Assembly: GCA_040357565.1 (NCBI GenBank)
Contig: JBDODJ010000007.1
Reading direction: 5' to 3' (one strand)
Origin: Cercozoa sp. M6MM
Lineage: Eukaryota; Protista; Endomyxa: Ascetosporea
Length of the DNA: 64,000 nt
Positions 12,201-47,484 of this stretch are shown piece after piece; the stretch's first letter is position 1; each line of letters starts with the position of its first letter. A program made the position numbers and the translations under genes. The notes under the pieces are model-generated. The model made no database searches, was not told the DNA's origin, and was given only the letters and a program-made list of their open reading frames with translations.

Positions 12201-15200
12201 CTATTTACCCCCCACCGCAGGACAAGAGCAAGCGCGTGCGACGTGCGACCTTCCTGGGCGTGGCTACACTGCTGAGTCGGTACTTTCTGGGTCCAAATCC
12301 GAGTCCATGTGTACATGTGGACCGTCCATATGGTATATGTGTGTGTACATGTGTACTGTCCATACGGACTGTGTGGCTGGGGACAGGTGCGTGCCGGTGC
12401 TGTCGTCGGCGGCGGCAATGCGGCAGTTGCGTCGACTGCAGGGTCACAGCGACGGCTACTCCACTGCCGATGATCGGCAGATTGATTGGCCCAGTGACCA
12501 CAATGATAGGGTTGGTGACCACAATGATCGGGTTGGTGACCACAGTGATCTGCAGATTGATCCCGCCGTGGCACTCGTGACCTCAGTGGCGCCGCTGCTG
12601 CAGATTCTGCCGCTGCCGCTGTTCGAGTTCGTGCGCTTCGACCGTGAGCTTTTACTCCCCCACACCTGCCCCTTTACCCTGCCCCCTACCCTATTCCCTG
12701 CCCTTTGCCCTTGCCCCTTGCCCTCACCCCGTACCCCTTGACTCCTGCCCCTTACCCTACCCCCTTGGACAGCCGAGTCACACGCGGCCATGTTCGAGCA
12801 CGTGTTGGACGCGGTGCTGCTGCGTGGTCGACGCGTGTTGTGCCAGTCGGCCGGGCAGATCGGAGACGGTCCTGTGGACGGTTCGGACGGTCCTAGGGAC
12901 GGTTCGGACGGTACTAGGGACGGTTCGGACGGTACTAGGGACGGTTCGGACTCGGCCGGACTGCACCGTCGCGTGCACATGCGCGTGCGCGTGCTGAGCG
13001 AGCTGCTGCAGCTAGCCGACGACGCCGAGCGACGGCAGAAGAAAAAAGCGCCTGGCGCCGTCGCGGCCGTCGTGGCGGCCTTGTGCCACTCCAAGGCGCC
13101 GCTACGCCGACGCGTGTTGGGTAGCACACCTCCCTCACTATTCCCTCTGCACCCTCTCCCATACTACGCACCTTTACCCCTTACCCCTCGCCCTTACCCT
13201 TATCCTTACCCCTTACCCCCTTACCTTACCCCGTACCCCGTTACCCCTTACCCTCTCGCGAGACAGGACTTTGCGCACGCGCCGACACGTTGCTGGCCTT
13301 GTTGGAGAAACGCGACAAAAACCAACTGAAGAATCCGGCGGATATCGAGAAACTGCAGGCGCAGATTATTGTACTCCTTGCCCCCCATGCCCCCCTATAC
13401 TGTCTAAGTCCTGCCTACCTCTGTTACCCTTTACCCTACCTTTCTGATCCCTTATTACCCCAGGGCGAAGTGGACGAGCTGCTGCGCCTGAGTCGGCCGT
13501 CGTCGCTGTTTTCGCCGCTCGAGTTGGCGCACGCCTTCTGCGACCGGCGCCTGCTGCGGCACCTCTCGGCTGAACAGGTACAGTTGGATGGTCCATACGG
13601 ACGGTGTGTGTGTCCATATGAACGGTCCTGTATGGACGGTTCATATTTACGGCGCTGTCCGGGCTCAGGCGAAGCGACGCGAGCGCTGTCTGGCGCGCGT
13701 AGACGGCGACTCGTTACTGCGTCGCGTGCTGGTGGCCACGTGCGCGCACGGTGACACCGACACACTGCGCAGGTGACCACTGACTGAGTGACCTAAGTGA
13801 CCACTGACTGAGTGACCACTCAATGAACACGTGTCGGTTACCTTTTTGTGAGTGGGCAGGTACGCCAAGTGGCGTCGCTGGCTGCGTCGGCTGTGCGGCT
13901 CGCAGGCGTGGTAGTTTAGCCCCCGTGCCCGCTTACCCCCCCCCTCCCCCACTTTACTCTCTTTACCCCCCACCCCACTCCAGTTCGGACGGCGTGGACG
14001 GCATTCTGCAAATGCACCGCGCGCTGCTGTGCGACGTGCGACGCCGCGGCGCCGCCTTCTTCGCCGACGCACTGCCGGATGAGTCGACCGAACAGGGTAT
14101 GCCCCCTTAATCAGGACAAACCGGTGAGAAACGTGTGTACTAATGGACCGAGGTGTCTGTACAGACAAGGAGAAGGTCGACATGCTGTCACGCGCGCAGT
14201 GCGGCGTGCTGCAGCTCTTCCTGCAGCGAGTGTCGGTATCGTACCCCCCCACTACCCTCTCTTATGCCCTTACCCTCCTATGACACCCGACCCTCCTATG
14301 ACACCTTACCCTCCTCTTACACCCTTACCCCCCTCTTACCCCCCCCCCCCCCCCCCCCCCTGCAGGCGGTGACGCTGTCGCGCGAGTGCATCGGCGGTGC
14401 GCTGCGGATGGCGCTCACGAGTGTACTGTTGTTTTACCTCCCCTTCCCCTTTGACCGACTTACCCTTTGACCTCTTACCCTTTGACCCCTTACCCTTTAA
14501 TTCTCCCTTGCCCTTTGACCTTACCCTTTGAACCTCTCCCCTTACCCTTTGACCCTCTTCCCTTACCCTTTGACCCCCTTCCTTCTGGGCAGGAGCACGG
14601 CATGGCGCGGCGTCTGTGGCGGCTGCTGATGCACGCATCGTTGTTCCGCGAGGAGTTTCTGTCGTCGGCCGCCATCGTGGGTGCCTCCTCCGCCTCCTGT
14701 GCCTCTTCGTCTGCCTCCTTGACGTCGGCCCTCGATGCGCCGCCGGTGTTGCACCGTCGGCGGTAGTGTTTGACTCCCGTTTACCCTCCTCTTCCCCTTG
14801 CCTTACCCCTTGCCATACTCCTTGCCTTACTCCCTCCCATTTACGCCCTGCCTTTTCCTCCCTTTAACCCCCCCCCCCAGCAGGTCGTCGCTGCTGCACA
14901 GTCAAGCGCAGGACACACACGAGCTGATGCGTTTGCTGTGGTAGTGTTTGTTGTCTTCGTTGTTGTTTTGTTGTTGTTTTGAGTATCTGTTTGTCGGTGT
15001 CCGCGCGGACAGGAGCAAGGCGCAGCAGGCGGACGCGAGTGTGGCGACGCGACTGCTGTGTGCCGCGTCGCTCGTGCGCAGCGGTGACGCGCTCTCGCAC
15101 GCGCTGCGACAAGAGATGTAAGTGGGGGGGGGGGGGTAAGAGTGGGGTAAATAGGAGGTAAATAGGGGAGGGAAGAGGGCAACATGTGGTAATTATGAGC

Positions 15201-18200
15201 AGGTGCGACACGGTGTCAGCCATGCGATTCGACACGGCGAATGCGCTGCCGGTGGCGACGACGCGCGCTGCCGATATCACGGTACTTTGATATTACTATT
15301 ACCCCCTCCCCTATCCCCTTACCCCCTTTACCCCCCCCCCCCCCCCGCAGTTGCTGATGGAGGGCGATGAGGGCGAGACGGCGGCGGCAGAGGACGAACA
15401 CCAGGAGACGGCGCAACTGCTGGGACGGACGCTCCTGCTGCCGCACGTGCCTTGTCCCTTCTGACTGACTGAGTGATTGATCGCTTTGAGTGACCACATG
15501 GTTGACCACATGGTCGACCACATGGGTGTGTGGGGCGACCACTGACTTAGTGACCACGTGTGCACTGTGCAGACGCGTCGACCGCGCAGTCTGCTGCGTT
15601 GCGCCGTCGCATGTGTCGCCGTCGACGACGATGCGCTGTGTCTGCGCTGGTTTTACCCCCACTTTACCCCCCCCCCCCCACTTTATCCCCCACTTTCCCC
15701 CTCCCACTTTATCCCCTACTCCCTTTACCTCTACCCTTGACACCTTTTGCCCCCTCCCCCTCCAGGCTGAGCGAGACAGGCGGCCGCGCGGACCGCCTGG
15801 TGGCGAGTCAGACGTGCCACGTGCTGGCCAATGACTGCGACTTTGCCGCCTTCCTGTGCACGCACAATACGGCCTGTCTCACGGTACGTTTGTACTCCCT
15901 ACTGTCCATGTGGACCGTCCATGTGTACCGTTCATGGACATACTGGTACTGGACAGGAGTACTGGCGTAGCCACGCCGCGACAATGGCGACATCGCTGAC
16001 GCGACTGCTGCGGCAGCACGATGAGGCGCGTCGCAATGCTGCCACGGTAGCCCCTCCTTAATATCCACATTGTATAGCCACCTTGAGTACACGTGTGAAG
16101 TCTATTTGTACCACCATCTGTACAGGTGGCTATCTGTGCCCTACTGCGGCTACAGACATCGGCTTTGGTGGCTACAGCGCAGCTTGCCTTGGGCAGCGCC
16201 GGCGACGACGAGAGTCGCGGCGCCATCCGGCGACACCTGCGGCCGCTCATGCAGAATGTACTTCGATACCTCCTCTTGTTCCCTATCTTTGACCCCTCCC
16301 CTCCCCCGTTGCAGATGGCGCTAATTCTCAAGAGTGACGGCGAGCCCTTCTCGCAGGCGGGTGCTCTGAGCGATGCCAATGCCGCCGCTCTCGTGCTGTG
16401 CACTGCGCGGTAGTTACCCCCTCCCCCACCCCTTCAATCCCGTACCCTACCCCCCCCCCCGGACGGACAGGTGCGTGGTGCACTTGGCGTCGGTGCAGGC
16501 CTTCGCGACGGTGCTGCCGGTGTCGCTGTGGACAGTGCTGGGCGCTCACGTGGTGCACAGCGACCTCGAGCACGCCGTGGCACACCCGTTTGCGCACTTT
16601 GTGCTGGACCGTCTGCGGCGCAATCGACTGCCCATACAGGTACACCCATACGTACATATATATATATATATATATTTATGCATGTCCGTATGGACTGTAC
16701 ATCTAAACATCTAAACATATATATATATGCGTGTATTATATAATATGGCTGTAGTTCGTGGCCCCGCTGTGCCTGTCGGCAACGTGGACGGACGCGGAGC
16801 AGCGCGAGCGAGTCAAGCAGCGCACGCGCCTCGTGGTCAAAGCTTACTGCGCCGCCTTGTTCCGCCGCCTCTGGCCGGTCGGTTCGACCGAGACGCACCT
16901 TGTACCCTCCCGTTGGCCCTTCCCTACTCCTTTACCCGCACCCTACCCTTTACCCCTACCCCTATCCCTACCCCAGTTGAACGCGCGGCACGTGTCGCTG
17001 CTGCCGGAAGCGGCGGCGGCGCAGTTGCTGCTGCTGACGGCGCGTCACGCCGACGTGAAGCGACTCCAGTTGACCCGTGCCTCGTCCTCGCTCAATGTAC
17101 ACATTCTCACTCTGTGTGCTCACTCTGTGCTCACTATTTGTGCTCGCTATGTGTGTCACTTTGTCTAATCGATCACTGTGATCGATCAATGGTCACTGAT
17201 TGATCACTGTAATGGGTAGGACCGTCCGGTACCGTCGCTGGAGCTGCTGCCCAACGTGATGATTCTGGATTTTGCGGCACGTTTTTTCGACTTCTTTTTG
17301 GACAACGTCATGGAGGTACACACTCCTGAGTCACATGGACGGGTACGGACGGTAGGTATGTACTGTCGGTTTGTACGCGTGGGCAGGTGTCGCGCGTGCC
17401 GGACGTGCTGCGCATGCTGCTGGACGCTGCGCACGGCGCGTGCGTCGTTTCGCCCGCCGCGCGCTCCATCCGTGACACGCTGCGTACCCCCCCCCGCAAC
17501 GAACCTGTCTATGTACACACTGCGTTCTGCCGCAGGGGGAACGGAGGCTTCCGCGCGGACGTCGGCGTCGGCCAATGCGGCGCACGCGGTCGCCAACGCG
17601 CAGGTGGAGGACGTGCAGCGACTCTACGTGTGCGTCGAGTTGCTCATGCATCAGGTGCAGTTGACCACCCCCCCCCCCCCCCCCCTTTCTTCCCCCACCG
17701 CCCCTACCCCCTTTTCCCCCCCCCCCCACCCGTAGTTGCGATGCCGGCAGCAGCGTCAGGGACGACAAGTGGTTGCGCGCAAGCGATACCACCGCGTGCG
17801 TGTCGACGGTGTGTCCTACTCTGGGTTGCACGTGTGCAGTCACCGTCTCTCAGTCTGGCTGACTGATTATTGATTGACTGATATATATATATATATATAT
17901 AATATTATGTGTTCACGTATGTATGTTGTATGTTGTATTAATCACTAGGCACGGTGTCGCTGCCGAACAATTTGTTCCGCGTGGTGCGGCAGGAAGAAGG
18001 TAGCGTGTTTACACCTCTCCCTTACCCCTCCCCCCACACCTCTTCCTTACCCCTCCCCACCACCACTTAGCGGCATTTGCGGACACGCGGCGCACGCTGC
18101 TGCCGCGCCAGTTCTCGCTGCGCGAGCTGCGGCGCCGTCTGGCCGCCGACGCCGATCGCGTCGAACAGCTGCAGGAGAGCGGGTTGCTGGAGTCGCCCGG

Positions 18201-18548
18201 TGTACCTGAGGACAGCGTCGTCGGCAAGGAGAACTTTGGTCAGCAGGACGAGCATACGAACGCTGCTGATGACAGCGTCATCGGCAGCAAGCGGCAGCGT
18301 CCACGACAGGTAGAGCAACACACCTACCGTGCCTGTTATTTGAGGTCCTTAATACCGGTGTGTGTGTGTGTGTGTGTCTGTGTGACAGGCACTGCCTGTG
18401 CACTCACCAATGCTGCCGCTGTCGCCCATCACTGCCCAGGTACCGTGTTTTTTCGTCTTTAAACGAGTGCATTGCGATGTTAAACTCTCTGCAGGGACGC
18501 TCGCGAGTGACTCGCACTGCTTCGTCGCCACAGCAGCTTAAGTTCTAG
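9203..18548 (+). CDS. PDS5: Sister chromatid cohesion protein PDS5 (HEAT repeats, highly intron-fragmented)
   Basis: ILCHRSDEVRVLGANCVADMMWLFAPELP..QLTRFF; PLFPLYYRLLERL; IGRLTDLSAEVR; RCMDTDEKVREATV; ARVKDKSKRVRRA. These are the conserved PDS5 N-terminal and HEAT motifs in the expected order. Confidence 0.85.
11256..11380 (+). repeat. Intronic 19-nt tandem repeat (GGCCACGTGGTCACTGAGA) of the GTGACCAC motif family
   Basis: Three near-perfect and two degenerate copies fill a PDS5 intron. Confidence 0.85.
11934..12026 (+). repeat. 15-nt tandem repeat (AGTGGTCACAATnnn) encoding (SGHNx)6 within PDS5
   Basis: Six copies, in frame with the flanking PDS5 exon sequence. Confidence 0.85.
12862..12951 (+). 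repeat. 21-nt tandem repeat (GACGGTTCGGACGGTACTAGG) encoding DGSDGTR in a PDS5 exon
   Basis: About four copies, visible in ORF 12790..13329. Confidence 0.85.
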
Positions 18549-18687
18549 CTTTAATGCAATTCGTACCCTTAATATCGTCTCCGTCAACAACGAAATTAAT
18601 TTATTAATTAATCAATAATCGGTCGCCCTGCGCCAGAGCGTTAGACACAACGTGGGCTGCTCTAACAGAGTTTAAATCCACACAATA

Positions 18688-19223
18688 ATGACCAGCCGTC
18701 ACGACAAGCCGTCTGAGATGCGTGTCCCTGTTGAGGGTGCCGCCGGCATGCATCTGCTCGCCGCCGAGGCTGCCCAGTTCGTTTGATCACACGTCTGTTG
18801 CCGCGTGCTGGTCTGATTACGTGTGTTTTGTTCAAGCAGGCATCACATGGTGGCCATGCAACGCGTGTGTGTGCGACTCGTGGCAGACAACTTCTACGCA
18901 CCGACGCACGGCTCTCACATCGACTCGCATGTCGAAGAAATTGAGTACCTTGTCCATTTGTGTACATACAGCTAAGGTTTATCACGCAAATTATTGCCTG
19001 TTCAGTCGGTTGCACCGGTGCGTGAACAAGTTCGCCGAAGCGCATAAGGTTGTCCGAGAGGTGCACCAGCACCAGGAAGAGCAGAAGGCCGCTGCTTTGC
19101 AGGTGCGTTCTACGTGTATGCTGTCTGTTCTAAATGTGACATGTCGTGTTGCCACAGGAGCTGGCCGAATCGCAAGGCAAGACCGTGCCAGAGATGCTCG
19201 CGGACATGCAGGCGCAGCAATGA
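18688..19223 (+). CDS. Small Tim (Tim9/Tim10-like) chaperone-like protein with an incomplete twin CX3C motif
   Basis: Spliced product of about 118 aa contains MVAMQRVCVRLV...EEIDRLHRCVNKFAEAHKVVREV, resembling Tim10 (C...C...E..C.DRCV.K....H). Three GT-AG introns. Confidence 0.5.
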
Positions 19224-19567
19224 GTCGCAACAACGGAACCAGCGCATTCATTCAGTTCGTTTGCGTCGGTCCCGTTGACAACTGCACCGTTTCCTATGTT
19301 AGGTTACGTTACATTCATTGCGTTGATTTGTTTTTGTCCATCTGTCAAGCGGAAGAGTATCGATAGCTCGTCAGCCATAACGGCCACCTCCTTAAGAATT
19401 ATGCAGAGAATCCTGACGTCAGTGAACTCCCATTGAAGTGTGCGCTTGCATGTGCAGGTACTGTGTGTGCCATAAGTTGTGTTACCAGAAGCACTGGGTG
19501 AAGAAACACCGCAATCTTGCTCGTCAGAATCCAAGAAAAAGCAGTTGCCCAAAGAAAACCGAACTGA

Positions 19568-21000
19568 ATGAGTTTCCCGCACTGGCGCAAGCTCTTCTTC
19601 CTCAACCAGCCGAGTTTCCAAGACGGTTCGGTCATCGTATCGTACCCATACAGTTCCCTGCGTATTTGTTCTGAAATGCGCGGTGAGTATAGCTGATCAC
19701 GGGTGCTTCGTCTGGCATTGGTCGAGAGATCGCTCTGCGCTATGCCGAACGAGACGTAAGTTCTGTCCCTTTCCGGGCTGATTTGGGAGCGCCTTTAAAC
19801 GCTGTGTAACACAGTGTTCGCTGGTGCTGGCGGCGCGCACGAAGGCCAAACTGGAGCAAGTGGCCGATGCGTGTCGTGAAAAGGGCCGTTCCGTCACCTG
19901 CGTGTCGGTAGGCTCCTTTTCTGTGTTTGGATTTGTATATTTGTGCATTATTTTTGCCCCATTTTCTCGCGTATTCTTCTCCTTGCTCAGTGCGACGTGA
20001 GGGAAGAAAAGCAGTGCAAAAGGCTGATTGAGCGTACGCTGGAGGAGTACGGACGGTAGGCAACTTATCTGCCTCACCTTTCTTAATGTACTCGTGTTTT
20101 TTTGCGTGTTTTTTAGACTGGACATTCTCGTACTGAACGCCGGCGTTGGCTCTCATGTGCGCTTCCACAGCGAAACCGATCTTTCAGTATTTGAGGTGCA
20201 CTCTTTCTTTATCTCTGCTGCCCTTGCGATTGCTTACCCCTTCCTTGGCTACCGCCTCAGCACGTGATGCGTACGAACTTTCTGGGCTACGTGCACTGCA
20301 CGAAGCACGCGCTAGAGCCATTGAAGCGCACGCACGGACAGATCGTTGTGCTTTCGTCGATCAGTGGCGAGATTGGCCTTCCCTTCCGCACGGCGTACTG
20401 TGCCTCCAAGTTCGCCGTCACTGGATTCTTCGAGGCATTGCGTGCGGAGCTTACCGTGGAGTATGAGAAGCAGCATGGCAAGGACAGCAGCAAGGGAGGC
20501 AAGGGCGACAGGACCAAGGAGGGTCGCAGACGACGCACTCCCATTGACATCACCATCGTGTGCCCGCCCACTGTCAATGTAGTCCCGCACTTTTGATGCC
20601 AAACCTTTGATGCAGCGAATCTCTTGATTTCCTTGCTTTTGTACAGACCAATCTGCGCGAGCACTCAAAACAGTTCAGCGACTCAAATATTGGGTACTTT
20701 AAAAATACTCACAGTCTGCTTTTACTCTTTTTGTTATCACAATGCAGAAGTGAAAACGACAAGGAAGGCAACAAGGAAGCTATGTCTGTTGCTGACTGTG
20801 CTAGGTATGCACTCACGCTTACTTGATGATATAGCATAGCGACACATGTGTGACTGCCCTGCAGTATCGTGATCGAGGCCGCTGACAGGCGCCTGCGCAA
20901 GGTGTTTTTCCCGATCCGCATCTACGCAAGCGCGTACCTGCGGCCGTTCTGGCCCGACTTTGTCGACTACTTTGTCAACCGTGCCGCTGCCTCACTCTAG
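19568..21000 (+). CDS. Classical short-chain dehydrogenase/reductase (DHRS7/DHRS7B-like)
   Basis: ITGASSGIGREIA, LDILVLNAG, MRTNFLG, SSISG, YCASKFA catalytic YxxxK. Stop TAG 20998-21000. Confidence 0.9.
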
Positions 21001-21584
21001 TTAGTTAGTTAGTCCACTGAGAAACCAACTGTCTGTAGCTATAGTTTCCGGTGCAGGAACTACTGTTTCAATAGTTCCCATGTACCAGTCCTGCGCCGGA
21101 GTGCGCCACAAGGCCCACCACCTAATTAAACGCATACAGACAAACGTAGAGATTTGTGCCACCACCGCTTTGGGTGCCCTAGTCTATATCGCTGGTGGAT
21201 TTCTCTTCCCACACCACTTTCGTGATAACCTTTCTTTAGTATCCGGTACAGCAAGTGGTAGTATTCGTACTGACTTTCAGTGCGGTGCGGTCGGGTGACT
21301 GCCTGCAGTGCGCGTGATTTAGAAATTTCCGCCGCGCCTGTGCTATCATTGAGTTTCGTATGCTAAATCCCTCCCATCCGGCGTCGAGTTCAATTTGCGT
21401 GGGTTGTTACCACAGCCCTCTCAGATAGGGATCAGGCCTTGGTAATTTGAGGGTACTTTTAAGTTGTAGGATTTTTTCCCGCGCAGATACAGTAGCTCAT
21501 GCTGTAACATGGTTGCATTAGAATGCATACGCGCAGGGTCGCAGGAAAAACTGATATCGTATGAGCTGAAACCCTTGCGTTAGT

Positions 21585-23271
<1,687 letters not shown>

Positions 23272-23573
23272 GATCTACGAGTACGCACTTGAGAACCCAC
23301 ACGGACGCACAGAAACAGCGAGGGAACATCCTCATACAGCCTATGGAATCAATGATCAGGGTCAGAGAGCCCAAAATCCGCTGGATTTTTTGCGCTGTAG
23401 AAACGTGCCTTAGTCTGTTTCTCGCACGTGAGTGGGTGCAAACTGGAGTTTTCGGCGTGGGATTAGCATCTGAGCTCGTAAAATTAAGCTTACCCGACTG
23501 GTCTAGGTGATCCGCGCGAACCATTCGACTGGTCTTGGTGAACGGGGTTTGACTGTGTTTCCCAGACCGCGCG

Positions 23574-23905
23574 ATGGCAGACCTTCGTGGCCAGCGTGTG
23601 TTTTTGCGACGTGGGACTGAAGGTACCTCACCTCTGCTCATCGGCAGAAATGAAGTCTTTGTTGTCGCTTTAGTGATAGCGTTGGCCGTATCCCTGACTG
23701 AAGTTGCGACGGTTCATTCCGTTCTTTTGAATTTAATTACGTTGTAATTTGAGTGTGCTTTTGTGTAGTTACACGTGCAAAACGGTCGCGTTGATCGGCG
23801 GACGTTCGCCAACGAGAGCGAAACCATAGCGTTCGCCAACCGACAGGTTTGTCGATATAATTGTGTGTGCGTGTGTGCGTGCGTGTGTGTCTGTGTGTGG
23901 TGTGT

Positions 23906-23947
<42 letters not shown>

Positions 23948-26806
23948 TGTGTGTCTGTGTGTCTGTGTGTCTGTGTGTCTGTGTGTGTCTGTGTCTGTGT
24001 CTGTGTGTCTGTGTGTGTGTGTCTGTGTGTGTGTGTGTGTGTGTTGTTTTTTAGCAGGCATACTGTTTGTATTCAGCTCGCAGAACGAAAGGCGGCAGGC
24101 TGGGTGCCATACATTGTTGACGATAATGCACTTTTTGATGACTTGAGGTAGCGTACTATGCAGCTTTGTCGTCATGTATTCCCTCGTAATATTTTAACTT
24201 GGCTTCAGGATTGGCGGCCAAGTCTCAGGTGGAGCAAGTGATGGGAACTCTGCAGACGAGTCGGAACAAGACAATGGCTCAGATAACACCGACACAGACG
24301 ATGCCCGTTCTGTTCGCACCGATCGCACCGACACTGTCATTTCCGATGTACTTTACTCGCTTCTCCTCGTAGCTATTATTAGACTGCCGAGTACTCTAGT
24401 CTTCGAGTTCCGGGTCCGAACGAAGTCGCGAATCTGACGGCAACTATGGTGTTTCAAGTCTTTGTTTTTTTTTTGCACTTTAAGAAATTTACGGCTGCTG
24501 TACACAGAAATGTCGTTTAAGGCCATTGCAAAGATTATGGAGGACGCGTTTTCACGACCCGCTCCAACCAAGTTCAGGCGGCTCGTGCGCTGGCATCGTG
24601 TGGTTGGAGTAAATTTACTCTCCTTTTGTTAAATCGCCTTTTTGTTAGTAGAGTCAACGTTCGACTTTATAGGACAAAACGATAGATGAGGAGAACTGCG
24701 AAGCAGCGGAACTATCTTTGACGACACCTCTTGCTGGTTCGTGCAGTCGATTGCGCCTTTTTGTGGTGCGACGTCTCGCTCTCATTTTGGTTTCTCGCGG
24801 TATGTTATTGTTTGTAGATAAAGGACAGTGACGGAATACTGCACCGGCGCGTGTTCAAGTTGCCTCGCGATTCAAAGCACGACGCTAGACAGATTTTCGC
24901 CGACGAGTTTCGCAATGATATCAAGAGTACTCTTTCTCATGTTTATTTCGGAGGCTGAATTTCTGTTACGATAGTGCGTGCCATGGCTCGTTTCTGCAAT
25001 CGACATTTTCGATCTCGCTTTGATGTCGTCTTTTGGCCGGGTATAAATAACTCAGTTTGAGCGAGAAATTTGCACCACTGTCACCTATTGTTCTTGGCTT
25101 TTCAGTGGAGATCGTGCAATTTTGGAGTCGAGACTTCCCCGATGAGTTTGCAGAAGACGAAGAAAGTATGTTTTTAATATATCCTGTCGGCTGAATATCT
25201 CCTTGGTGCTGGGCAGACAAGTTGCACTGTGCCCTGGCACAGGCGCCTTTGATGCCTCCTAGACCACTTATTTTTCGAAAAGTCCAGTCCAACATGGGCG
25301 AGCATTTGTACCATTACAGTATTATTGTGAGTATTCCTTCTACCATGCAGCTGTACGTAGGTACGAAGATCTCGCCGTACAGCGTTTACAGCACGCAATG
25401 GCAGCGATTTCAAAGAACATTCATTTGGTATTTCCTGCTTTTGTTGGCCCTTGTTTTTTGAATAGATGGTCTCTCAGGTGCGAGATTGGCAAGGTTTCCT
25501 GCTGCCTCCTGCCATGCTGCGGTATGTCCGTTTTGAGTTTCGTTTGCAATGAGTCAACTAACTTTTTGTGGTAGGAGACTCGCGGCACAGCAGCACATAA
25601 CACTGCATCAACTGCCTAGCAGCAGCGGTAGCACGAGCGACGATAGTGTCCAGAACGCAAATGTGAACAACTTTGTTGACGATGGAGGACGCCGAGTGTT
25701 TGTTTTAATCGACCCAGTGTTGGTGCACGCTCACGCGCATTTCCGCAAGTACGCTTGTGTTTTGTTTTTGACTGGTTGTACACCTATATTGATACTTCTC
25801 GTAATATCTGTAGTCAAAATCCAACAGACTTCGGCACTGAGGCCTTGTTCGAGTGGAAGTACAACAGCTGTCTTTCGTGCCTGATTTAAATGTCTGCTTG
25901 TGTTCAGGAAGTGGCACAATTGCAAAGAGGCGCGATGCGCCGCCTTCGGCATTCGAGGTACATTGCTATGTTATTCAGTTGGAGTGTTTAATTGTTGTGT
26001 TGAGTACGAATGTCTCTTCAGAGAATACACTGCATTACTGGGGACTCGCAGATGATGACTGTGGGTTGTTTTTTGTATTTGGCTGATTGTGTTCGTATGG
26101 GAAACCCATTTCGCAGTGGAGTTCTTCTTGCAAGAGAGCGCATTGTACAACGAGCAGAGCGCTACCGCCCAAGAAACTCGCGGCAACAAAGCACGTGTGT
26201 TCGAGACGCCATTTTCGGCTACGTCCTCCCAGTTCACCGATCGCATCCCGTACCACACCTGCATGTATTGATGTCTTGTGCCCAAACGAAGGTTAATTTT
26301 GAACGGTAGTTCTTCCCCTCCTTCGCTGTCGGTGACGCGCACTAATCAACGCAAGTGCCGCTGCAACTCTGAAAGACGGCACTGCAAGTGTACAGCGTTT
26401 TTCAAGCGGCTTCCTTTGTATCATCAATGTTTGTTTGCGTAGTCTGCGTGCGTGCTGCGACGCATGGTCTTCTACTGCGTCGCTCCATCCAATGGTTCGC
26501 CTTGTTTTGTAGCATCACATTCATTACCATGTGGGCATGTACAGTTTTCATAATGAACTACGCGCCTTGCGACGAGATGTTTTGCGCCTCTGTAAGTTGA
26601 GTTTGCCGGTGCCTGTTTGCCTTTACCCAATCGCTTGCTGTGTTTGTGCAGGGGAAGGTGACAGTGACAGTGAGTCTGACACTGACGCCAACGACACTGG
26701 CAGCGACGAGCCCGTGACTCCTGCCACTAACGATGAAGCAATCAGCGACTCGGAAGCGGACTTCACGACGCCACTGCGCCGGCGCTTAGCAAAGGCTTGC
26801 TTTTGA
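23574..26806 (+). CDS. Hypothetical protein with N-terminal WGR-like domain(s), acidic linkers and a C-terminal Cys cluster
   Basis: The N-terminus VQNGRVDRRTFANESETIAFANRQLAERKAAGW resembles the WGR C-terminal F.....A.......EK...GY helix. A consistent chain of GT-AG exons runs to TGA 26806; some internal junctions are uncertain. Confidence 0.5.
23862..24043. repeat. Compound (GT)n/(GTCT) microsatellite in an intron
   Basis: Seen directly in the sequence. Confidence 0.95.
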
Positions 26807-27003
26807 GCCGCTGCAGCGCCATTCGATTTTAATAACAGATGAAATCGCGTTTAATCAATGCCCTACTTGCACGATACTGCACCTTCGGACGGAGGCGGTA
26901 TACGAAAAAAGATAGTCGAGTTGGCCTCGGTGCGTTGAAATGAAGGGAGCGACCACAGCCACACAGAACGCCAACTGAGCCGCCGAGCCGCGTCGGATTA
27001 CAC

Positions 27004-47180
<20,177 letters not shown>

Positions 47181-47484
47181 CTGCAGCACGAACAGAAACA
47201 CACGTAGAAACCGTTTGGTCGAAATGAATATCGCTGGAGAACAAGATACAGCAATTTTCCAAGAACGACGTCAAAACCACGTTTTCCTGGCCAAATCTGT
47301 GCACTGACAGATGTATCACTTGCACCAGAGCTCACGTGGTGATGTGTAGGTCTAATCGAGCAGGGTCGAAAGCCAGCAGTATCAAGCGCCCCTTTAACGC
47401 ATCAAGTCAAACAACTTTGCGCCAACAGAGCCGCTGTGAAGATTCAAGTCACACGAACAGTGTGGTATCTGTACTTGAAGAACA

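Noticed and set aside
9203-18548. Initial reading as STAG/Scc3 or a condensin HEAT subunit
   Set aside because: The N-terminal VR...A.C.AD...FAPE.P motif is diagnostic of PDS5.
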